Positions 1 to 12,487 of a stretch of DNA of 64,000 nt are shown one piece after another. Below the pieces are notes generated by a model. The model searched no databases and had not been told where the DNA came from. It worked only from the letters and a program-made list of their open reading frames with translations. Positions within the stretch are counted from its first letter, which is position 1, and the number at the start of each line of letters is the position of its first letter. The translations under genes were made by a program, and so were the position numbers. The DNA lies in contig CAIIXF020000001.1 in NCBI GenBank assembly GCA_903813345.2, positions 49,042,001 to 49,106,000 on the forward strand, read 5' to 3'. Origin of the DNA: Owenia fusiformis (lineage: Eukaryota).

Positions 1-1698
1 TTCAAGGTGTTTTAATTGAAACAGAATCTAATTATAAGAAATTCAGATTTTTTCAATCATTTTCTTCTTAGGGGGGCAGCAAGGAAAATTTTACAAATTC
101 AAGATGCTGTCTGGTTAATTCTGAGCACTTTTAATGTGTTTGAGTAAATGAATGCTTTTGTTTTTGGGGTTGGCTGCCAGAAATTTTTATGTTTTTATGA
201 TTTCATTATGTCACTTGGTGACTTCTAGGCACTTTAAAGCGTTTAAAATTAACAAATGCAACTTCCAAACTTGTGAGGAGTGACCCACTCCCCTTAGAAA
301 ATTTTACACTTTTGAGATGCCATTTGGTGCTTTCTGGGCACTTTTAAAGTGAATGAGTCGTCGATAAAACAAATTTCAAATTCTTTTTGGGGATGTCAAA
401 GAGAATGAAAGGGTGAAGTGGGGTGGAGTGTCAGAGGGGGAGCATTAAGGGGTTGTTCCCAAGAAACAGTGACCATATCAAGGTGCCATTTGATGATGTC
501 TGGGCACTTTAAAAATGTCTGAGACAATACATGAAATTCAGAATTTTTTCAATTGTTTTGTGGGGGATGTGAGGGGTGGTCAACTCTCCTAGAAAATTTT
601 ACAATTTTAAGATGATATTTGGTGCTTCTAGGCACTTTTAAAGTGTATGAGTCAATCGAAAAAAAAAGAAAAACAATTACATTTTTTCAATTTTTAGGGG
701 TGTCAAAGGGGGATGCCAGAGGGGGAGGTGAGATTAGGGTGCCAGAGGGCCAGCAAATGTTTTTCCCCAATATCTGTCCCCAGAAACATTGACCATATCA
801 AGGTGCTAGTTGATGAGGTCTGGGCACTTTAAAAGTGTCTGAGACAATGCATGAAATAAATTCAGAATTTTTTGTGGGGGATGGGAGGGGTGGCCTACTT
901 CCCTGGAAAATTTTACAATTTTAAGATGCTATTTGGTGCTTTCTGAACACTTTCGAAGTGTATCACTCAACAAAAAATTTGAAAAATCACAATATTTTGG
1001 GGGTTGTCAAAGGGGGAGGGGGTGCCAGAGGGGCAGGTGGGGTGGGGATGCAAGAGGGCGAGTAAGTGTTAGTCTCCCAGAATCATTGACTATATCAAGG
1101 TGCTATTTGATGATGTCTGGGCACTTTACATGTGTCTGAGATGATGCATAAAATAAATTCAGAACTTTTCAATTTTGCTTTGGGTGTGAGGGCCGACTCC
1201 CCCTAGAAAGTTTTACAATTTTAAAACGCTATTTAGTGCTCTCTGGGCACTTTCAAAGTGTATGAGTCAATTAAAAATTTGAGAAAATCACAATTTTTTG
1301 GAGGGGTGTCCAGGGGGCGAGGCCGAGGGTGCCAGAGGGGGAGGTGGGGTGGGGTGGGGATCCCGAAGGGGAGCAAGTGTTTGTCCCCCACCAGAAACAT
1401 TGACTATATCAAGGAGCTATGTTATGAAGTCTGGGCACTTGGGCACTTTAAAAGTGTCTGAGACAATACATAAAATAAATTCAGAACTTTTCCATTGTAT
1501 TGAGGGGGTGTGAGGGGTGACCCACTCCCTCTAGAAAATTTTACAATTTTAAGATGCTATTTGATGCTTTCTGGGCACTCTAAAAGTGTATGAGATGATG
1601 AAAAATAATTACAAAAAAAATATTTTTCAACATTTTTTTGGGGGGTGTCAAAGGGGGGTGCGGTCGCACCCATCGCACCCCCCCATCTGACGGGCCTG
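1..1698. repeat. Tandem array of a ~300-bp unit, ending in a MITE-type terminus (probably the right part of a large non-autonomous element)
   Basis: The block CTAGAAAATTTTACAATTTTAAGATGCTATTTGGTGCTTTCTGGGCACTTT recurs near 295, 590, 903, 1203 and 1531. The array ends in ...GACGGGCCTG (1698), the same kind of terminus as the 39025-39228 MITE. The left end is outside the window. Confidence 0.8.
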
Positions 1699-3028
1699 CA
1701 CACATGTAGGCATAACATCATCTAATGTAGGCTTAAATCGGCTTGTTGAACGTGTAGCACCACCAAGTTGGGACATTTCAATTTGCCTAACAAGTACAAC
1801 AAATTTGTTAGAGATAGATTCCATTCCAAACTCTTCTGTAATAATCTGAAAATAATATCAAAACAAAATGGTGACAGCGTATCTAAAATTGTGTCCATAA
1901 TCTAAGGAGCATTTCGAGGAAAACAAGCGATTTCTCGAGAACAAGTAATGGATTTGAACTGAGATTTTAGCAAATGAGAATATATGAGTTTGTGATCTAC
2001 TACTTTGACAGAAAGATTGACGTTTTCATATAAATACGTGTTTAATTCGTAATTTGTTCGATCTACACTACGGAGCCACGATCAAGCAAATAACAGTTGA
2101 CCACCAGAAGAACGAGTGAAACAGTACAGTCATAGTGGGATCTTCATTAGCTGCCATTTTATTTCGCTCTGCAGAGTTTCCGCGTGAATGAAACTCGCCG
2201 TAGTGCATGTAAAAGCGTTTGGGTTGGATACCGTTGTAAGTGTAAAAACAAATAATTCCCTCTGATAAATTTAGTCTGCTAAGCTTATGGGCGATAATAC
2301 GTGAGTATGATCATGCTTTCACTTTCACTATCATTTCTCACTTAGACCAACATCAAACTTCTTAATATAACTACTGTATATTACCTATAAGGCGTCCCTT
2401 CATATGATATGTAAAATAAATATCTTCCCATTCTAAATTAGATGTTATTGTTCATTTTAGTACGAATAAAATTTGACAGAAAGATGATCATGTTGCATTG
2501 TGGGATATATTGACCTATTTTTCAAAACGAGGGCTGCGACGTGGCTGAGAACGAATGACAACTATTCTGACAAATTGTTGAGTCAATACAAAGAATTCGA
2601 CAGTTAAAAGTGATTAAACACGTTGTTGGATATCTCTGGAACATTCAGGTACTGAATTTTTACTGTTTACATAAAGTTATGGTATTGAAAACATCATCAG
2701 AAATGAAGGCATTTTCAAAATGGCCGGTTTTTTTTGATTTTTAATTTTGTTTTACTTTTCAGGTACGAATCAGGCTCGGTGACTCATCTTGAGGAATATT
2801 TATTGAGCAACAAATGTAATAAATTGTCATCAAAAACAAAATCACTTATATTTATTACATGGGGGGGTTCTGTTTTCTACCTGTCATCACAGGGGCTTGT
2901 CTGGAGGGTCGGGCAAGCCGTCCGATGAGTGTGTACACTCATTTTTTTTTATTCTGTGAACCAGTCCATATGGTTAATATAACGAAAGAATGTGATGTAA
3001 CCACGTGCCTACTTACCAGCTTGTTCTA

Positions 3029-3265
3029 CAGTTGGGGACAAAAATAAATGACAGGTCGATTTTCGATCACCATTTCCTAATTATGGTGGTCTGAAAGCCC
3101 ATAATTTCCAATATTGTCTAGATACATATCCCTTAAAATTTGTATATTTTACAATTTGTATAATCTCATCCACTGATTTATGGCCTCTTGTAAATTCTCT
3201 TATTTTTAACATGGGAAATCCTCACTTCAGCAAATCCACCTGTCATTTATTTATGTCCCCAACTG
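3029..3265. mobile_element. Tc1/mariner-type MITE
   Basis: TA|CAGTTGGGGACAAAAATAAATGACAGG ... CCTGTCATTTATTTATGTCCCCAACTG|TA: ~27-bp TIR with a TA duplication. Confidence 0.9.
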
Positions 3266-3285
3266 TATGTCATCTATCGGACTAG

Positions 3286-3674
3286 AGTCCATTTCACTGC
3301 TTCATTTCGTCAGTAGAACGGCAAAAATAAGAAATTGGGAGACCATTGTGCAATAATATATGGAAAAGTATATTCATAATGTACATGAATGACATTTGTA
3401 TATTTCAGATTTTTTAGTTTTTTGTGCAATAAGCCTGTGCCGTCTTGTAATTTGAAGAATTTCAGCCATGTTAATCTTATTGAAAATAACATGGCCGAGA
3501 AACATCCAAATATAAGAGGCCACACACTTTATAAGCCAAACTAGAAGCAATCCAAGATATACAAATGTCATTCATGTACATTATGAATATACTTTTCCAT
3601 ATATTATTGCACAATGATCTCCCAATTTCTTACATTTGCTGTTCTACTGACGAAATGAAGCAGTGAAATGGACT
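3286..3674. mobile_element. Fold-back MITE with ~115-bp TIRs
   Basis: AGTCCATTTCACTGCTTCATTTCGTCAGTAGAAC... matches ...GTTCTACTGACGAAATGAAGCAGTGAAATGGACT. It is flanked by CTAG on both sides (a TA duplication fits equally well). Removing it restores the arm of the outer element. Confidence 0.88.
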
Positions 3675-5159
3675 CTAGGTTACATTGTGGAACGCAGCCA
3701 AACAGGACACTGAAGGCAACAGCATATCGATCTTGATCTTAGCCAAATTTTGGGAAATTTAGATCGTCCATTTTGCAAGCTCACGTGACTGACACGTGAC
3801 ACGTGTCTGATCACGTGATTAGTTACTGTATCGATCATGTGACTCAATGACGTGTCAATGACGTGTCACCCAACCATGTCTTCAAGGAAAACTGAAGTAA
3901 ATATTTTGGAAAAATTTTTCCGAGCATTTGCTACTGATTATAGAAGGCCCAATTACGCAACAAACAAAATTGCTAAATTGTATTTCGTGCCTAACAGGCG
4001 CAGTACGCAATGATAGAAACTGCTAAATTGTATTTTTAGTCTGCTTATTGATCTATTGATTCATAAAGACCTGAAATGATGCATTCAAATAAGACTGCCT
4101 ACTAAATGAAAACACTACTAAAGTTGAAAGATCGCAACGTTTGCTACTTTGCTCAATTTCGGAAATCTCCAAGGGGCTGAAAATGGCAAATTATTTAGAT
4201 TTAGATTTTATAACCTCAGAATACTGGCTTCATTGTCGTGTTTGGCTGCGTTCCACAATGTAACCTAGTCCAATTGATGACATAGAACAAGCTGGTAAGT
4301 AGACACGTGGTTACATCACATTCTTTCGTTATTTTAACCATATGAACTGATTCACAGAATGAAAAATTTAATTGTAGTCTACTGGTTATTAAGAGTATAA
4401 GGGAGGTCGTTTTTGATGCTTCCTGAAATTTGTAGAAAATGATTGTTAGATATATCCAGTAAAAACATAATAGGGAATCCTTTCAATAATCGACATGCTG
4501 ATTCAAACAACACTACAGAGCAAAGTTACCCAAAATGGTAGCAATCCATCCACTCATTGCTGAGAAATCTGAAGAATATGTAAAGAAGTGAGTAACGACT
4601 GTTATACGGAAAAATGAAAGTACTTCATTCCCACGATTCAGAACGATTCGAATTACTTTTCGGCGGTTGGTTCGGTTTTACTTAGAAACCAAATGAAAGA
4701 TTATTGCCAAGGAATGGAAAACGTATTTCGAAGATGAGAGTTATTTGTTTTATCACTAAAGGAAAATATTTCCGCAATATAAGGTGCATCATGGGAAGGG
4801 ACTGCTGTGAAATAATGAAAGCAAGTGACATCTATCTATCTACGTTCGCGAATTCATACATTTCTGTGACTGAGTTTAGATTTTGCCAAAGTTTTTTGGT
4901 GGTGAATTCCTTTCATACAAACGCAGTTTATAGTAATGATTTATCAATGTCTTACAATGTACCTGCATTGAATTAAGACATCTACAGCCAGCTATTTAAC
5001 GTAGTCATTCCTCAAATTGAAAAAAAAGAAAAATATTTTCATTTTTTGACAAGTTCTTCCACTCGCCAGGTGGCGCTGAGACCCTATCTGTTGCAAGACT
5101 TATGCCTGGCACAACCGTCACCATGTTATTAAGTGTTTTTATTAAGTTTCGCAAGGATC

Positions 5160-5512
5160 CTGCCATGACCGTGGTAGTGCTATTGTGATAGCCTGGTATA
5201 ACTGACAATGCTATATTATATTGCATGGCCTGTCATGACCGTGGTAATATTAAAGCCTGATATGACCGTGACAATGCTATATTATATTGCAAGGCCTGAC
5301 ATGACCGTGGTAATGTTAAAGCCTAATATGACCGTGACAATGGTTACAAGGCCTGTCATGACCGTGGTTATGTTAAAGCCTGATATGACCGTGACGATGC
5401 TATACAATATTGCAAGGCCTGACAATCTGTGGTAATGTTAAAGCCTGATATGACCGTGACAATGGTTGCAAGGCCTGTCATGACCGTGGTAATGTTAAAG
5501 TCTGATATGACT
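5160..5512. repeat. Minisatellite (ATGACCGTGGTAATGTTAAAGCCTGAT and variants)
   Basis: Repeated ATGACCGTG... units of about 27-33 bp; these explain the repetitive ORFs 5208-5435 and 5429-5698. Confidence 0.9.
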
Positions 5513-6072
5513 GTGCTTTGTCATTGCTTTAATGGTCGGTATACCAAGTATAATCAAGAAAAGCTTGTATACAATGAACAACAAAATTCGGAAATGAGTA
5601 CTATAGATTTGCTTCTGGACTCTGAACCAATTGACCTAGATAATAGCGATGCTTCTTCTTTGGTCAACTGCTCAGTTGTTTGTGGGTTTTCAACGTAACT
5701 CTGTAATGCAAGTTGAAGATGAGTACCTTTATTCTGTTATTGCATCAATGTTGCAGTCTGTAGTGTGGTAAGATTGGAATGAAAGTGTTAAAAGTCAATG
5801 AAATTAATTTTTCTAATATGGCGAATAGTCAACTGATCGCGTGACCTTCTCTTCCGAAATATTTTCTCACTTTTCAATCATTGATTTCACCACACCATGA
5901 AACAGTACAATGAAAAAATATCTGTTGTTTTAAGATTAATAAGAGATCAATTGTTTCTGATAATTTTTTCTGTACTCCCGTATGGGAATATGAACGGATA
6001 TATCGATTGAAAAAAGGTGTGAAAATCCCCATGTTAAACCTATGGGGGAAGACAAGGAAGTATGAATTTGTT

Positions 6073-6096
6073 CTTCCGGGAACTGCATCATGGGAA
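6073..6096 (+). promoter_or_regulatory. Candidate RER1 promoter: ETS-like CTTCCGG next to a ZNF143/Staf-like TGCATCATGGGAA
   Basis: Motifs at 6073-6079 and 6084-6096, a possible donor AAG|GTATAT at 6243, and the RER1 acceptor at 8497. Motif match only. Confidence 0.4.
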
Positions 6097-6717
6097 ATAT
6101 TTTGACTTTATAAGGAAAATTTTTACATCTCCTCTATTGAAGAGGGAACAACAAATACGAGAATAGATTGATATGGGTTATATATATTGAACAACTTGAT
6201 GCAAAAAGCCCCTTTGTTTAAAACCTTTGAAAGGTTCAAAAGGTATATAGAAAACCTATGATTAAACCAATATTTCTGGTTGGAATTTACATGAACAATT
6301 TGGTCAAAATCTGGGACTAGTTAAGAAAATAAACATTCAACTTTATGAACTTTGAACTGTGAGATCACTGCTGTAAGATTACACTTCAACATCAATTATG
6401 TAACTCTTGTTCTATATCATATACATGTACATGTAAATGAATAATTTAATACATATAACCCATATAATCTATGAAATACTGTAAATTACTTTGCTTTAGC
6501 AACTGATTTAATTTAGCAATTCACAAAATGTTTGCACAATATTGTCAGTCTAAATCTTCATCAATAATAAGTTAACCATTGCAAATGTTGCAATCTGTTG
6601 AATTAAATAGTCGTAAATGTTTTGAAAAAAGCAATATTAAATTTAATACCTTAAAATCAATGTAGAAGGAAATATAAGATGTATAGTATGATGTGTAATA
6701 CTTTGACATATAATTTC

Positions 6718-7003
6718 CAGGGTTCTCACCAGGAAATTTTTAGACCTCGGATTTTTGCGGGGTATCACAACTACCCTTCCCCATGAGATCAGAGATATCC
6801 TTTTAGTATACTTTTCAAAATACTACTTAATATAATCTTCCTATTCTTTGTTTGTTTATAGTTTATGTATTTTCTCAAGAGTTTTACCACATATAATGTG
6901 ACAAAAATAGACTCCCGAAAGCTATTAGACTCTGGAGCAAGAGGGTCTAAAGACATTAGACTCCGCAGAATCTTTGGAGTCTAAAAGCCTAGTGAGAACC
7001 CAA
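6718..7003. mobile_element. hAT-type MITE (CAGGGTTCTCAC...GTGAGAACCC)
   Basis: Inverted termini at 6718-6729 and 6992-7001; the TSD is not clearly preserved. Confidence 0.65.
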
Positions 7004-7075
7004 GATTCTATCATTCGATAAGTAACAGAAGAATTGAGTTGGTCAAATGGTAAAGCTAAATTTTCATAATGATCA

Positions 7076-8230
7076 CACGGTGCCCATGTCAAGCTGCGCG
7101 CCTACTTAGGCGCGCAGTTTGTTTCGGTCACAAACTCAGGCATAATAACATTGCATCATTCATGTTAGAGTCTGAATTTTGAAACGTAATTTTAAGACAT
7201 TTATCCTGCATTGTTTTCTTGTTTAATGCGTTCATTCTGTGGCGAATATACGAATCTTGCAAATACTAGCAAAAACTAATGTACAAATGGATCTAAGTTT
7301 TAAAACATAAGAAGATTAATGGCATTTTCGTCACTGATTTAACAGGAATTTATACGTAAATTGATCTAGCACTTTAAACATAAATGATAAATACTTCCAG
7401 ACTCGTTTTATATTTAATTCCTTACATATTTATCATGTATAATTCAAAATATTTCGAGATAAACAGATAATCAGGAGATTAAAAGGAAATAAAGCACAAA
7501 CTGCGCGCCTATTTTAGCGAAGAAAATTACAAACTGCGCACATAGTATCAAAACTACATATTATCATTGGTGTGTAGGTGTTTTTCATATGGCTTTGGAA
7601 ATTTTGCTATCGTCAGATTTTATGAGATTTTCATATTGAAAGTCAAAATGTATAATAGAAGTAACAATTAAGTTGGGAACGAAAAAACTTTCATTTCCAG
7701 ATCATCATCTTGGTGGATGGACTCACATAGTATTTCAATTATGGGGTTCTACTATTAGATAGTAAGATACATATGTGCCTTACATATGGCGCTTACGTTT
7801 TCTAATAATACAAAACAAGCTTGGATAGGCAAGCAGTTTGGAAATATTAGGCACGCCGTTTGGGAAATACATGTGAATATAGGTGCGCAGTTTGACAAGA
7901 AATATGTTTAAATCACGTTTATGGCGTATTATCGTTTTGAACACATAGATATAACTTTACACTGTAAATTTTGAACACAGAAGTTACTTAAGACCCTTAT
8001 ATTGAGATAACTAGGTTTACATCGGGAACAACATTGAGTACTATGAGTAAATTAAGTTCATCGTCACAGAATGGTACTATCTTTAGAACGAGACTAACCT
8101 TGTATTTGTCGTATTCTGGCTCTTTTTGGGAGTCCTATCCTCCCCGTCTTACATTTTGAAATATGCGCGCAGTTTGTCAGAGTTTCAGACTGCATGCCTA
8201 GTAGGCGCGCAGCTTGACATGGGCATCGTG
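7076..8230. mobile_element. Non-autonomous Transib-like DNA transposon
   Basis: GATCA|CACGGTGCCCATGTCAAGCTGCGCGCCTACT...AGTAGGCGCGCAGCTTGACATGGGCATCGTG|GATCA: perfect 5-bp TSD, CAC...GTG ends, ~40-bp TIR, internal AAACTGCGCGCCTA-like repeats. Confidence 0.8.
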
Positions 8231-8526
8231 GATCACAGCTGTGTAGTGTATGGCTTGATTGATGCTTTTTCATGGGGTTAATGTTTGACAGGTTTTAATA
8301 TAATACAGCACAGCAATTAAGATTAAGTAAATGGTGCAGTGAATTCTGCCCTATGTCCTTTCAAAGTCTAATACACCAACACAAAATATCTGACAAAGAA
8401 AACTATCTTTGTTGAAAATAATAAGATAAATTGCAACTAAATATTCAATGTTAACATGTATTTTATGGTGTAAAGTCATTTTGTTATTTATCTTCAGGTA
8501 GCAGAGTTGAAGAGTAGCTTAAGACC

Positions 8527-11500
8527 ATGTCCGAGACGGAGGACTCCGCCCCAGCACCCCCAGGATTCTTTACTAAACTAATTAGATCTTTAAATCAGGT
8601 ATTCCATCATTATCAACCTGTTCGCCAATCTAGAAAATTATATTCAGCATAAATTGGTGTTTTATGTATCTCACTACACTGATCTTGGGAGTCTTTCGAA
8701 AGTTTTGTGTAAAATTCTAGTTTAAATGACCAAAACCAGTCAGAATATCCAAATTTTTAATGATTTTCCAAATTCTTAATAAATATTTTTTCCTTTGTCT
8801 GCTCATCTACTGGTTAGAATTCACAATTATAAGCTGCTTAGTAACATTCACTCGGTACAGAACAATAGACTACTGATGAGTAGTATTCATGCCACACCCT
8901 GCTTGATACTGCAACATGCTTCTAAAATCTTATTTTGTAATTAAATATAATTTTTTTCTCTTATAATTGCAGAAACACCAGCAATTGTTAGATCAATCTA
9001 CACCACACACAACTGTACGATGGGTCATCTGGGTGCTACTGCTAGGTTTATACTTCATACGGGTCTACTTTTTACAGGTTTGTACTCCCAATTTTGAACT
9101 TGGAATATTTTCATAAACTTCCTTCATCAAACTTGGCAAAATCTGTATATGCGATGAAAAATAGGAATCTCAATCGTGCTTTCAAAAGTTGGCTCATGTT
9201 AATGCAGTTTTGATAATACAATGTACATGTATATTCATTTGTTTCTTTTCAGGGCTGGTATATAGTCACATATGCTTTAGGAATCTATTTACTCAACTTA
9301 TTTATCGCCTTCCTTACTCCTAAGATGGACCCAGCAATGGAGCAGTATGAAAATGGTAAGATTAGAATCTTATGACTATATTGCTGAAAAATGTTTGCCT
9401 GCATGTTAGACAGTGCTCGTTTTGATGTCCTATTACTCCATTCAAACTATTTAATTTCGACCTTTAGATAAGGCATTTGTTTTGACTGTAACGATATCTG
9501 AAAACCTTGCATGCTTTCAAAAAGTTGACAGTGATAGTTTAAGTCCTCTTTGGGGGTAAATCTAAACATTTTGCAATGATTTTCTTACAATTATCAGATT
9601 TCAAAGCTTTAAGTCAAGAACAAGAAATCTAAAGAAAAAATTCTTTCAAAGTTTTCACCACTTTTTGTGAGTCACTTTGATTATATTCTGCTTTATTTAT
9701 TCTTGTAATTTCACTTCAGATTATGATGAGGATGGGCCAACTTTACCTACCAAGTCTAATGAAGAATTCCGACCATTTATGAGACGGTTACCAGAGTTCA
9801 AATTCTGGTGAGTGATTCAACAGTGGATGAGTTGCAATCTTTTTGTATCAAATAAAAATTAGTCTGTCTCTTTCAAAAAATCATTTCGATTATTGGTTTA
9901 AAGTAGTACTATTGATAAAATCAAATAAATTGTGGAACACGCGTGTTTTGATATTTCAGTTTTATTTTTTAAATGTGGACTTTTATGTTTTAATTTTATT
10001 TTTCAGGTACTCAGCATTTAAGGCTGTTATAGTAGCAATGATTTGCACATTCTTTGAGGCCCTCAATGTCCCAGTGTTTTGGCCTATACTTGTTATGTAT
10101 TTTATCATCCTCTTCACAATCACAATGAAAAGACAAATTAAGGTAAGCTTTCAAATTAACCATGTGTTATCATTGCAGTTTCTCCCAAGCATTAAAGCAA
10201 TTTGTGGTTGCACCAACTTTTGGGTTTGAAAAAGCTTGCATTGGAGCTTGCGTCCACCTGAAACTGATTTGACAATGTGAAAAATAGGCATATTTTGGTC
10301 TGGTGAAAATGGATCGGGGGGAAATGAAAATTTTGCAACCATAATCCTGGGGAGAACACTGCAATGTATATTATTTTTCTTAAATAACATCCTTAAAGGA
10401 GGAGGGAAAGTATGCAACATTTCGGACAGTCATATGTTGGATGTTTGCTATTCTCTGAGGATTTAAACAGGTGCATATGCAGATATGTTAGACCAATGCA
10501 TGACCTCCAGGAAAGGCACTCATAGAGATGATAAAATAATTTTGACTTTGAGACAAGGCAGATGCAAACAACCAACCCACATGTTTTTTCTGAAATGTTT
10601 TCCTGATTTTCAACCCCTTCCACCCCTGCTTATTCAATTTTTGTTGTATGAATATGTTGCGTTTTGACACGCAGTTAACCACTGTAAAGGAATAAGTGAT
10701 TCCTTCAGGGGTTTTAAAGATATCCATTATGGGTTACCAAAATTAGCTGAAAGCAATGGATCGCATGAGTTTTCCGTATGGGAAAATAACATGAGAAATA
10801 TTGTTTTCCACTTTATTTAAAAGTAATCACTTATTCCTTTAAAGGGGTTAACTAACTGTGTGTCAAAACGCAACATATTGATGCAAGAAAAATTAAAAAA
10901 CCAGGGATGGAAGAGGTTGATAATCAGGAAAACATTTCAGAAAGAACTTGTGGGTGGGTTGTTTGCATCTGCCCTGTCTCAAAGTCAAAATTATTTTATC
11001 ATCTCTAGAAGTGCTTTTCCTGGATGTAATGCATTGGCCTAACATATGCACCTGTTTAAATCCTCAGAAAATGGCCAAAATCCAACATATGACTGTCCAA
11101 AATCTGTTTGGCTAATTTCCCTCCTCTTTTGTATATTTTTACAGAATTTTAATTCATTTTCATGATCAAGAATACATTAAGGGATATCAGTAAACAAATT
11201 AGCCAATGCTTTCCTGTTTATATTGCAGCATATGATTAGATATAACTACGTCCCATTCTCATTCGGGAAAAGTAAATACATTGGAAAGGAAGACACTGGC
11301 CTTGTAGTCAATGATCTATAGCCAGGCTAGTGGCCTAAAGGCTTGAAGTCTATAGTGACCTATGTGTGGAGATATAGTCAATGATATCTAACGTCTGTTG
11401 ACAAGTGGACCAAGACAGACCATAATAAACATATTCAAACAATTTTATATTTGAAGAATAAATGAAATCCTTGTATCCAAGAATTCAATTTAATCTTTGA

Positions 11501-12487
11501 GGAAACATGAAACCTTGGGAGATTGTAAAATTGAATTAACATCTCACCGGCACATAGATTTGCAGTAACATGAACAGTCAGTAATAGAACGGGTGCCTGA
11601 AGAGTGGGTTTCAATGGTGCAATGACTCCAGTTATGCATAATGCTACTCCATCCTCATGCATACCTCACTTTTTCTTCCCAGGGGAGTGAAGTTATATGG
11701 GGGTCCAGAGGCCAGGTTCAAGTCTGTATCATATCACCATTCACTTGAATATTGAATATCACCATAAATGTAGTTGCATGAATATTTTTTCTTTTCATTT
11801 TCAAATGACATACAGTGTCTTAAAAATGTCTACATAATATTTAACATTCCTATCCAATGCAATATTATATTTTTTTACTTGTTGTATTGTGCATGTATGT
11901 TTGGTGTAGGCAGTTGTGAGTAGATTTCTTGATGCTTGAAATAAAAACATAGTTGGGAGAATTTAGAACCTGTAACCCGTACATACCCCTATAATTTTCT
12001 TAACCTCTGAAAATGCTGTACTAATAGTACCGAGTCAAAGTTGTATCTTTTAGAAGGCATTTTCCATGAATATTGAGGATAATAAGTTGCCATGAAAATT
12101 GTCCATTCACTATTGTTTTACTGTTTCAGAAAAAAATGTCCTTGATCGAAAGTATAGTAGAAATATTCATGCATGGTCATAAATGGCCCCACATTTCAGA
12201 ATTTTGAAATGCAAATGTTTAACAACTTTTGTTTTTATCTCGTTCATTGTTATCTGATTTTCACATCCTAATTTCATAGTTTCCTAGAGATGCCTACCAT
12301 CAAAAACAGTTTGCTCTATCCCCAATGTTTGCACCATCCCTGTTGATTTAAACCTATATGTTTCTAAAATCTGACAATATGTTTTTATTTCTGCTTGCAG
12401 CATATGATCAAATATCGTTATATCCCCTTCACAACAGGCAAAACCCGGTACAAGGGGAAAGAAGACACTGGAAAAGTCGCTCAATAA
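8527..12487 (+). CDS. RER1: Protein RER1 (Golgi-to-ER retrieval receptor), 196 aa with last exon 6b
   Basis: Exons 8527-8598, 8973-9077, 9253-9355, 9720-9807, 10007-10142, 12401-12487, all GT-AG and in phase. Motifs [87 protein letters not shown]. Confidence 0.97.
10397..11129. mobile_element. Long fold-back element (Kolobok-like end) in RER1 intron 5
   Basis: Arms of about 310 bp (10397-~10712 and ~10825-11129) are reverse complements, for example GGACAGTCATATGTTGGA / TCCAACATATGACTGTCC. The left end reads TTAA|AGG; the right TSD is degenerate. Confidence 0.8.
11229..11321 (+). CDS. RER1: RER1 alternative last exon 6a ([30 protein letters not shown]), giving 198 aa
   Basis: TTGCAG acceptor, phase 0, intact frame, clearly paralogous to exon 12401-12487. 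AATAAA at 11424, about 11457 and about 11940. Confidence 0.85.
   Translation, partial: HMIRYNYVPFSFGKSKYIGKEDTGLVVNDL

Larger units (their letters stand above)
2941..4368. mobile_element. Non-autonomous TIR element (outer host of two nested insertions)
   Basis: 2947-3028 is the reverse complement of about 4283-4365. The match extends through 3266-3282 and 3676-3715 (against about 4225-4282) once the two inserts are removed. Confidence 0.8.

Noticed and set aside
933..1513. Gly/Arg-rich ORFs
   Set aside because: They come from G-rich segments of the ~300-bp tandem array.
5208..5698. Met/Thr/Val-rich ORFs
   Set aside because: Translation of a minisatellite, with no splice or homology support.
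10393..11042. Similar ORFs on opposite strands
   Set aside because: Mirror translations of the two arms of the fold-back element.
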